NCBI GenBank assembly: GCA_965649765.1
Contig: OZ287748.1
Span: 14,756,001-14,820,000 of the forward strand
DNA length: 64,000 nucleotides
Direction of reading: 5' to 3'
DNA from: Bispira polyomma
Lineage: Eukaryota
Numbering within the stretch: the stretch's first letter is position 1; every line of letters begins with the position of its first letter. Position numbers and translations under genes: made by a program. Under the pieces are notes generated by a model, which was not told the DNA's origin, searched no databases, and saw only the letters and a program-made list of their open reading frames with translations. Positions 53,495 through 64,000 of this stretch are shown in pieces.

Positions 53495-55242
53495 TAACTG
53501 TTTTCCCCCATTCTTTTAATGATAAACAAGCAACACACACAGGAGATTGCCTGGAAATAATGGCATGTGTAAAAAATCTGCAGGATTTTATTGGACAGAT
53601 GGAAAACACAGGTAATATCATTTGTTATCTCTGGAGCAGTTTTTATGTTGTCTGGGGTGGTGTCGTCAAAAACTAATCAAAGTGGGGAATTGCACCAACA
53701 AATCATGTACAATATCTTCAAAACAAAAATAACAAGAATTGTCTTTAAAAAAGAGACACAGCCACACAGTGTAAAATTTACTAACGTTTATATGGCCACT
53801 ATATAGAAAGGCAAATCTGACACCCTGACAGTTTGGATGGGTCGATTGCTTCCAACCAATCCATGAAGGCCTTACATATTATTTCTAAGTTGGTGGTTCC
53901 CTTTTCGGAATAACAACAATATCAGGCTGTGCCTGATAAAATCAACCTGCTGTTTGTTTGTTATAAAGACTGTGAACCATAAGAAAGTGTGATGTATTTT
54001 AAATGGTAGCAGATAAGATATAAAAACATTAGTATTGAAAAAACAGAGTAAAGATATTAAGAAAATCAAAGTAAGGGGAGTGGTATATACCAGGCAGATG
54101 TAAATAATGACTGAATGTCAAATGTGTGTCTGAGTTTGTGGAGTGTTATCTCTGACTGCCTAGGGCCTTTAGTGCTCAGAGAAAGATGCCAAATATTCTC
54201 TTTTAATCGGAAAGTCACAAGGTATTTGTTTTAAAAAACAAATTATGGAGTAATTACGCAAATTCTAATGTTTGATTTAAATTTTACATCTTATGGTGAC
54301 ATAGTTTCACTCCCAAATGTACATCTTTTTGTGTGTGTTGTACTGAAATTCCTCTTTCAGGGGTTTAACCACTGTTATCTCTCCATCTCAGAAGCCCTGG
54401 GTTTGAATCTAAACTACAGCTTATATGTGGGAAATTCAGCAGTTTAAAAATCATGGCCAACTGCTCTGTTCAAGCCTTTCTTCCACTGGGAAAACTTTCC
54501 AGGGCAATATATAAAACACAGTCAATGTAAGCAATCGTTGTACCTTAACTACATCAATCAATTCATGGGGGCACATTTCACATTCTTCACTGTCGTAGTG
54601 TTTTGTAGTAACATCATAAAATCATTACATAGCATTGTTGTCATTAGCAGGATATTAATAACATTGAAGAGGACCGTTTAATTACACCACATTAAAGAAC
54701 CAGAATAGATGCTTGATGGTTATGCATACATAATGCATGTTGTAAAACTCAAAGACAGAAACCAAGATAGTAGTTGTGCATGCAAAACTGGTGGTTGAAA
54801 ATGTTTGTCTTTAGTCCAAATGTTTAGAAGTCTGTGCCAAGCACTGCTAATAGATGTCAGTTGTGCATATGGATACATTCAAATGTTATGTACCTTGACA
54901 AAAAGACATATTTAAACCTATTCATGAGTTGCTTCTAAAGTTTGTCAGTTTGCTTAATGTTGCAGAGATGTAGATCTATGAACCTGTCACTTATTATTAC
55001 ATACACGGTGTCATTGTTAGTCATTATTACACAACAGATTATGATCTCATTTTCATAAATCATCCCAACTTATACATAACTGGAGTGCTGCAGTTTCTTA
55101 ACTACTAAATATAAGTTATACCTGGTTAAACAACATAATTCACTTATATAGTTATAGCAGTAGAAATTTTAACATATTTTTGAATTTAACTATGGCTCCT
55201 TTCTACCTGTGACATTTTCCAGCAGGACATTTGTGGATTATA

Positions 55243-55465
55243 CTATTCTAATTACTAAACCCCCCCCCCCCCCCCCACCTTTGTATAATAGGCTATTCTA
55301 ACTACTGAACCTCCCCCTTCAGCTTATATAACCAGTTATTCCAACAATTGACCCTGTCCACCCCCCCACCCCCCCACCCCCCCCTTGTATAGCAGGCTAT
55401 CTTAATTACTGACCCTGTCCCCCCCTGTATAACAATTTATTCTAACAACTGATCCTGGCCCCCTC
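55243..55465. repeat. Degenerate tandem repeat with poly-C tracts (about 5 units, 40-65 bp)
   Basis: Recurring TATTCTAA..ACTGA.CC(C)n..TGTATA. Confidence 0.75.
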
Positions 55466-55989
55466 TGTGTATTTTGTTTTGTGTTCTATCTGACACCAGT
55501 ACATAATGGGTTTACAGCTGTGTAATGACTGACTCTGATGTTTATTGGCTCAGGTGTCTGGAATTTGTGCACTTACACTATCTTGGGTGTAGCTTGTAGA
55601 ACTACATTAGCTTAGCCTTGCTCAGACAACTATTTCCTTGTTCAATCTATAATAAACACCAGCCATAGTTTTCTCAAGCTTACAGTATCTCACAGTTACA
55701 GTGTCTTAGGTGTTATTTTGGATGTTGCTATATAGAAAGCAAGTATAACTACATCTACTATAACTACACGCCACCAAGGAGGTTATGTTTTTGACCATTT
55801 CCATTGGTTTGTTGGTCTATTTATTTGTCTCCAGGATTACACCAAAAGCTACTCAAGTGTTAACCAATTTACGCATAATTTTTTAGGAGGGCTGGGGTAA
55901 TGGGCTATTGAAGAATCTGTTTAAATTTTTAAATGCAAGTAAAACATATGTTGTATACCGTGTAAGGTACTGTAGATGTATGATATATC

Positions 55990-56165
55990 AGTGTGGCCCA
56001 GTGGTAAGAAGAGTTGCCTCATAATCACTGGTCTCTCACCAATGTGGGTTTGAATCTCCATTTGTTCTTTCGTATGGGAAAGTTTGTCAGGTACTTGCCA
56101 CAGGTCGGTGGTTTACACAGTGACTTGGGGTGTTGAAAACACATCAAAACCCAACTAAATTCAAA
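55990..56165 (+). mobile_element. SINE S1 copy with internal deletion
   Basis: GTGGCCCAGTGG..GGTTTGAATC..GGGAAAGTTTGTCAGGTACTTGCC..AAATTCAAA. Confidence 0.75.
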
Positions 56166-58120
56166 TATGTCTTTGTGTATCTTACTGTTATTATACTGGT
56201 ATCATTTATATTAAAAAAAAAAAAAAAAATAATAAAAATGGTATGAAAGTAAAGAAAAGCCTTGGTCAGGCTAGATTTGTGTTATCAGAGGTGTAGTTTT
56301 ACATAGTAAATGATACAGAACACAGTCTATCCAAATTTATCAGTGTATCACAGGCTGGAAATGGACTGTTCCCTGTGGGTGGGTATGATAGGATTTTACA
56401 AACCCCCAGAGATGGTTGTAAAACTGATGCCAGGGAAACCAGATATACACCCCTGAGACATGAAAATTTGTCAGAAATTGTCTGGTAGTAAATTAGTTAC
56501 ATTTGTTGGATGTAAAGAGACAATAGAAAGAAGTAAAAGAGTCTCATTGTGTAGTCTTGTTTAGGCTATTTATGTATTATTTACAATATACATTAAAAGC
56601 CAAGAGACATTGTGTGGCACTAGATTAGTAGTTTAGGTAATGATCTAGCTTCCAGCCATCCTGCGGATTATAAAAATATTCACCTATGTATGTACTTTTC
56701 AGATCAAATACAAATATTTCTAGAAAGCAGTAATACAGTTGGAAGCTTTCAGTGTAAAAAAGAAATTCAAGACAATGTCTTGGATGGGGTACATTTATAT
56801 TTTATAAAGGCCAGCTATACCAGTATATAGGCTATGTTACTAGGGTAATAGTTTAGGCTGTATACAAGTAAACTTGCAGATGTAACAAACCAATAGAACT
56901 TAGCGACTTCATTGTGTTGACTTTACAAGGCTCTACATATTTTATTAAGTAGACTGTAAAACTTGTGTAGAGCGGTGTAGAGACTCCCCATAAGAAATAT
57001 ATTTCAATCTTCAGGGCATCAAGGTAATATGTGCTACATATCAACATTCACACAGAGGGTCTTTTTTGGCATTACATTAAGTGCGGAAATCTGTGTAGCA
57101 TTCTAGGGGGAAGTCTACACTGTTAAGAGACATTGCGTGGCAATAGTTTAGGCCTCATACAAGTTAACTACAGTCAAAGTTTTCAAAAGTAGAATTCTGA
57201 TAAAACATAATCACCTTGACAGAAGTCATTACCACTCCCAAGATAAGGAAAGTTGGTTGAGGATGAGGTAGGGGGGATATATTTGGTGGGGAACTTTTTG
57301 CCATTACACCTGTGTAAAGTCAGGGACCTTGTACATCCCCCTATATGTCTAGTTTTAGGAGGCAAAGGTAATTGAAATTGATGAGAGTCATTTTGTGTTT
57401 TTAGGGATGCATGGATGAGGGGAGAGAAATAAAAATTCCAGAGATTCTATCTTATAAAAAAACAGGTACACAAGGTGATCAGAGTACATCAACACTCTGA
57501 TAAAATACCTATTGTCACGTCTTGTTTTGACAAAAAAAAACACATCCTACTGTCAAATAGCTTAGGTGAAATTTGGTTGTCAACTACAGATGATGTGAAC
57601 CAACAAAAAACTGACAAGGAACTCTCTGTATGTGCACAGGTGCTTGTAAAACTGACAAAAAACATTAATATTATGTACATTCCACAGTATTTTATGTCTT
57701 GTTATTCCTGAAACTGGTACAACTTAGAAATCATTTATGGGACAATATTTATTTTGTTAATGTACCAAAATCTGGTTGAAGCATCTTCAATTACAATTAG
57801 GATATTTTGTATATAAAAATGTTAACGGAAGAATAATTTTCTAAAAAGTAGAATGTATTACTTGTTATATTTACAGGTTTTGTGGTGAAAGATAAGTTCT
57901 CTAAAAAAATTGTAAACTTCTCTCATATACAGAAAAGACATTTTTTTAAACAAATTGGAAGGTGGTATGATAATGGTAAATGATTTCCACCTCTATTATG
58001 TGGCTTCTTAGAATGTAGTGTAGTACTGTTGAAGTACAATAGTGGTTACCAGTATACCGTATATCTAAAACACATGTCTCAAATTTTTAATATTATACCT
58101 GCATTGATGTACATAGAGTA

Positions 58121-58326
58121 CAGAATCTTAAATTCACCACTAAATCTGAAATTCACTACCAAGAAAATGTTGTGTTTTTAGTAGAATGGTGTGTAGCATT
58201 TGCTAAAATTAATATTTTTGTGACTATTTTCAGGTATTCTGGTTATTTTTCACCCCAGTTTTTATTGATTTGGCTTAAAGTTTAGCTGTGGGGAATGTAA
58301 GATAGAGTGGCGAATTTGGGATTCTT
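58121..58326. mobile_element. MITE (same family as 15125-15351)
   Basis: GAATCTTAAATTCACCAC ... GTGGCGAATTTGGGATTC inverted ends. Confidence 0.7.
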
Positions 58327-59071
58327 GACTTTCTATGTATTGGTTTCAGTTGTTTTCACCAACAAGAGGGTGGGGGGGGGGGGGGGGGGATAAAAGTAGT
58401 AGATTTGTGTTTTCAATGACTTCTCCAAACATGGCCTGTATTTGTTGTGTCTCACCCTGTAAAAGAATGTTATTATTGAGGTCTGGGAAGTGATAACATT
58501 GTCTTTGTTCATGCAGGGAGAAACCACACCAACATAATGACAACAAGGCCAAGGGATTTCAATTATGTGGGTTTATGAGAAAGGCCAGGCTTATTCAGTC
58601 AATGCTTTAGTGTGTACTAATGGACGTCGCCTTGTAGATGATTGTAATGTAGCTTTAATGGTTCATTCATATTGCACGGAATGTGGATTTATCAAGGAGT
58701 TATGCAGTATACATGAAACCGAATTTTATACACTTGCAGTACATATTTGTTCGAATCGTACGCACATGTGTCACTTTTCCTTATATCTTAGATAGTGTTG
58801 TTTTATTTCGACCTGCTTATATTTATCTCCCTCAATAATTTGTGTGAAAATTAGAAAAAAGGTTTGTGCAACATTTGATTGCTACCGAATTTCTAGATCA
58901 TTATTCTGATTTGTTGCAGTGTGAATGCTCGATGTTAATTCATAAAAACCAACGATCGGTATATTTGTATTCATTGCAATGTGAATGGGCCATTACAGTG
59001 AAACAAACGCCAATCAATAATGCAAGGTGTGTTCTATAGGGCAATAACAGAATCAGCTAACCAACTGAGAA

Positions 59072-60680
59072 TTATGTCCACCCCAGTGGGGGGTGGACAT
59101 ATTATTTTTGCTTTTTCCGGCGTCCGGCGTCCACCGTCCATCACGCTTGGTTTCTGGTCATTTTAGGGAAAAGTTTTGATCCTATGTTTACCAAATTTGG
59201 TATGGGTGTTTATTGGGTTAATAGCTTGCATGGGATTGCTTTTGGTGAAGATAGCTCCATAGCTAACTGAGTAATAGCTACTTACTTACTTTTATGTACT
59301 TCTTTGGTTTCCGGGCATTTTAAGGAAAAATATTTGACATATCTTTACCAAATTTGGTATGACCAATAGTTAGGTTAAAAGCTTGCTTGGGATTGTTTTT
59401 AGTGATAATAGCTATATAACTGACTCAGCAATAGCTACTTAGCTACTTTTAGTAGTAATAGCTACATAGCAAAAAACATAAATATGTCTATCTCCTAAAC
59501 CCTGCGAGATAGAGCGATTTCATCGAAATTTTCGACCCTCAGGGTATCTAAGTAATGTACTCTTGGCAATTTTGAAAAAAATTTTCCTCTCCCCAAAAAT
59601 GGCGGCCATTTTGATTTCTCGAATTTTTGCCAAAAATGGAAAAACACAAATTTGCTTCTATCTCCTTAACCGTGCCAGATAGAGTGATTTCGTCGAAATT
59701 TTTGACCCACATGGTATCTAAAAAATGTACTATAGGCAATTTCAAAAAAATTTTCCTCTCTCCAAAAATGGCGGCCATTTTGAATTTTCAAATTTTTGCC
59801 AAAACTGGAAAAACACAAATTTGCTTCTATCTCCTGAACCGTGCCAGATAGAGCAATTTGTTATTACTCTCACACACTGCAAATCAATTGATTTCTTCTG
59901 AGCTTTCAAAGAATTCACACATAGATTATACAACGAACAATAGCTTTTTCTTGATCTCGCCTGAGTAGACACACCACATACACCCTTCCTTTGGTGTGAA
60001 TAAAAAATTAGAAAACTTGTGCACCCTTCTTTTGATACAAATAAAATAACATAAAATTTATGGACTATTCCTTTGATTTAAATAAATAAACTTACGAAAA
60101 TTATACATAAACCTGAAATAAAAGTGGACCTTAATAAATTGTAAATGTAGTTTATCATTACCTCACATCAGATTTTTATAAATAATAGTTAAATTATCTG
60201 TTGTGAAGAAATTTTGCAAAATTGATGGCCAATTTTCCCACCCATCACTTTAGCTGATGGCCAATTTTCCTGATGGGTTTTTTTACTGATGGGATTCACT
60301 TGATGGACATTTTTCCTGACATTTTTCAGGAATCTGTTACATGGTGTACACTACTAGGCAGTGCTTGTGTAAATGTGTTATGTACCATTTAGTTAGACAG
60401 CATTTTGTCCCCCTTGCAATTTTGACTGCCGTTTTGTCCCCTCGGTATTTTGTCAGACGACATTTTGTCCGTGCAGTTGAAATAATTTACATGTATACTA
60501 ATAAATTTTGGAGCATCGTTGATATATTTTACAAACAAAACAGTCCTGTAAGACTACTGTGCAATTGTTCCAAAAGGTTCATGGGGTGGACATTACACAT
60601 GGTAATGTGTGTTCTTCTATACTATCCTGTTTCTTTTCATATGTTGTCGCTACTCTTAACAGGGTGTCATATTTCTAGTT
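59072..60680 (+). mobile_element. Composite Helentron-like element (HINE H2), copy 1
   Basis: 5' ATGTCCACCCC..GGGGTGGACAT palindrome, (CGTCC) microsatellite, about 157-bp and 169-bp internal tandem units, subterminal GGGGTGGACAT at 60583 plus hairpin, and a CTAGTT end. Confidence 0.8.
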
Positions 60681-61739
60681 TTAGAGGCATAGCCAAGGTA
60701 GTAAGAAAGGATGTGGCAGTGTACAGGGAGGGAACTAAGGCGGGGGGGGATAAGCAAGTTTGCCACATTTATATATCAAATAATTCTATGACAGCGGCTG
60801 TGAGTATTGTGACATGTCTGGAGTCATGGTGATCGAGTCGTAGGGATTCGACCAATGCTAAAAAGTGGAAGCTTTTTGTTTCCAAATTTTGCAGCCCTAA
60901 ATACATATACATGTAATATACTCTGACCAGATTGATGCCTTAATTGTGATACACATTGTTGAATCCAACTCTGTTGAGCATCTGTTTGAAGTGACAGTGC
61001 CAGGCTCATTTTGACAAGGAGCCGAAAAATTGTGTACGAAGGCAATTGTTTTTTTGTTTTTTTTTAATTGCTAAATAACTGACTGGATGGTAAACTGGTA
61101 TGTTTTATATAACGGTAATGATAAATACACAAGACAAGATACACCGGGGATTAGTCATATTTCTGTATGCTATTTATAGGTTATAACTTTGAGCTATAAA
61201 GTTTATCCCCACAAATGAAAAAAAAGACTTAAGAGGACAAATAACATTTGTGTACGTATACGTAATTGGGCAGTAACTTTAAATATTTAAAGAAGAAAGA
61301 AGGGAAATATTTGTGGCTTTCTTCTTCCACTAAAAATGACTGGCTGGCTTTATGTAAATTTGAAGTGGATTATAAAGTACATTTTAGTGCATGTATAGTG
61401 TATATTCATCTGATTAATGTGGGCTGACGGCCAGTGTATGCCATTGATGCCTTAATAATGTTGTATCAAGATTAAATAATTTTTTTAATTTTTATGTTAT
61501 ATTTGAAAATGGCATCCTAACTTGTATATTGTATGACAACAAGCCTATATGTGAATATTGTCTTAAATTCATCTTTCATCCTAGATTACTGGAGTTTTTT
61601 CATTGTTTTATCAGATGGTTGAATTTCAGATAATGTATAAAATGTGTATTGACATACTTTAGATGTGGTATTCTGGAAAATAAAAACAGTAAATTTTGAT
61701 GTTGCTGTGACTTATCAGAAGCAGAAGTTTGAGGATTGC

Positions 61740-62001
61740 TCTATAGAGGTAGCCTTTCTCCATAGAGGTGGTGTCTCTCTATGGAGGTGGTCTCCCTTTA
61801 GAGGTGGTCTCTCTCTATAGAGGTAGTCTCTCTCTTTAGAGGCGGTCTCTCTCTGTATAGACGTGGTCACTCTGTATAGACATGGTCTCTCTCTATAGAG
61901 GTGGCCTCTCTCTATAGAGGTAGTCTATCTCTTTAGAGGTGGTCTCTCTCTATAGAGGCGGTCTCTCTCTATAGAGGTGGTCTCTCAAGCAGGTTTCACT
62001 G
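61740..62001. repeat. About 19-bp minisatellite (CTCTCTATAGAGGTGGTCT)n ending in a Tc1/mariner-type terminus
   Basis: About 12 units, followed by CAAGCAGGTTTCACTG|TA. Confidence 0.85.
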
Positions 62002-62400
62002 TATTTCTGAGTATATGTAACTTAAGAAATTAGACTTTCCATCAATATATAATTAAAGGATGACCTACGATGCATGCAACTTCTTAAACACACTTGCGTA
62101 TAGATATTGTAGATATATAAGAAAAGGAAAAGTGTCTTGTAGTAAAGACACTGATAAGTGTGTTGATCCCATTCACCAGGTTTGTAGATAAAGGCCAAGT
62201 GTTATTGACATATTAGTGTTTATGTGATTCACTATAGGTCTTGTTGTACGTGGGAAGTAAAAATGTAAACCTCTTGACCAAATATTTGACAGTGATTTTC
62301 TCCATGTTATCAATGACTAGCTTTGGGTCAAGTACTTCCTGTGAGTGCGTAGGGTCATGTTGACTGTCACACTTAGTCTGGTGTCAGGTGCCTGTATAAG

Positions 62401-63947
62401 TATGTCCACCCCAGTGGGGGGTGGACATATTATTTTTGCTTTTTCCGGCGTCCAGCGTCCGCCCTCCATCACGCTTGGTTTCCGGTCATTTTAAGGAAAA
62501 GTATTTATCCTATGTTTACCAAATTTGGTATGGGTGTTTATTGGGTTAATAGCTTACATGAGATTACTTTTGGTGAAGATAGCTCCATAGTTAACTGAGT
62601 AATAGCTACTTACTTACTTTTATGTACTTCTTTGGTTTCCGGGCATTTTAAGGAAAAATATTTGACATGTCTTTACCAAATTTGGTATGAGCAATAGTTA
62701 GGTCAATAGCTTGCTTGGGATTGCTTTTAGTAATAATAGCTATATAACTGACTGAGTAATAGCTACTTAGCTACTTTGAGTACCTTTTTATTTTAAGCAT
62801 TTTGAAGGAAAAGTATTTCACCTATGTTCACAAAATTTAGGATGGAGGATTATTGGATCAGAAGCTTGCTTGGGATTGCTTTTGGTGATAATACCTTTAT
62901 AGCTAACTGAGTAATAGCTTTAACCTCCTGAGTAATAGCTACATAGCAAAAAACATAAATATGTCTATCTCCTAAACCATGCGAGATAGAGCGATTTCGT
63001 CAAAATTTTCCACCCTAAGGGTATCTAAGCAATGTACTCTTGGCAATTTAAAAAAAAATTTTACTCTCCCCAAAAATGGCGGTCATTTTGAATTTTCGAA
63101 TTTCTGGCAAAAATGGAAAAACACAAATTTGCTTCTATCTCCTTAACCGTGCGAGATAGAGTGATTTCGTCGAAATTTTCGACCCACAGGGTATCTAAGA
63201 GTGTACTGTAGGCAATTTTCAAAAAAGTTTACTCTCCCCAATAATGGCGGCCATTTTGTATTTTTGAATTTTGGCCAAAACTGGAAAAACACAAATTTGA
63301 TTCTATCTACTTAACCGTGCGAGATAGAGCGATTTCGTTGAAATTTTCGACCCACAGGGTATCTAATCAATGTACTCTTGGCAATTTTGAAAAAAATTTC
63401 CTCTCCCCAAAAATGGCAGCCATTTTGAATTTTCGAATTTCTGCCAGAAATGGAAAAACACATATTTGAATCTATCTCGTTAACCGTGCGAGATAGTGCG
63501 ATTTCGGCGAAAATTGCTGATGGCCAATTTTCCTGATGGGATTTTTTGCTGATGGGATTCACTTTATGAACATTTTTCCTGATGGGCTTTTTTCAGGAAT
63601 CTGTTACATGGTGTACACTACTAGGCAGTGCTTGTGTAAATGTGTTATGTACCATTTAGTTAGACAGCATTTTGTCCCCCTTGCAATTTTGACTGCCGTT
63701 TTGTCCCCTCGGTATTTTGTCCGACGACATTTTGTCCATGCAGTTGAAATAATTTACATGTATACTGAAAAATTTTGGAGCATCGTTGATATATTTTACA
63801 AACAAAACAGTCCTGTAAGACTACTGTGCAATTGTTCCAAAAGGTTCATGGGGTGGACATTACACATGCTAATGTGTGTTCTTCTATGCTATCCTGTTTC
63901 TTTTCATATGTTGCAGCTACTCTTAACAGGGCGTCCTATTTCTAGTT
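62401..63947 (+). mobile_element. Composite Helentron-like element (HINE H2), copy 2
   Basis: Same architecture as 59072-60680. The 169-bp unit starts at 62965, 63135, 63303 and 63472. Subterminal repeat at 63850 and a CTAGTT end. Confidence 0.8.
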
Positions 63948-64000
63948 ACATGTGCACTCAGTTGGGCACATCCTTCCGCCAAGGTGCCACAGTGCCGAAA

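Noticed and set aside
55030-55070. Minus-strand TGAGATCAT bantam seed match, and other miRNA seed-like hits at 19223, 25022 and 44920
   Set aside because: Only the seed matches; the remainder differs from the known mature sequences and I found no convincing precursor hairpin.
60341-60832. 163-aa ORF, and similar ORFs at 59548-59972 and 63311-63562
   Set aside because: They lie in repeat cargo or satellite units with no recognisable domain, and the 163-aa ORF runs past the element boundary.

Overview
AT-rich, repeat-dense eukaryotic genomic DNA. The repeat repertoire (tRNA-derived CORE-like and V-like SINEs, Helentron-type HINEs, L2-clade and Tx1/L1 LINEs, Kolobok, piggyBac, Harbinger, MULE and Tc1/mariner-type MITEs) suggests an invertebrate, probably a mollusc or other lophotrochozoan; this is inference. 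There are no prokaryotic genes, operons, CRISPR arrays, rRNA or intact tRNA genes, and almost all short ORFs in the track are noise. The only recognisable protein-coding sequences are retrotransposon ORF2 relics at 26.8-27.2 kb, 33.1-34.1 kb and 36.1-37.0 kb, plus short L2 3' ends. The 1.9-11.6 kb region looks like the 3' end of an unidentified minus-strand host gene: a 62-nt candidate exon (11503-11564) followed by up to four candidate alternative last exons with their own poly(A) signals. The rest is plausibly a very long intron of that gene, containing several cleanly nested transposon insertions and two copies of a composite Helentron-like element. No novel system can be established from the sequence alone; the best leads are listed as findings.
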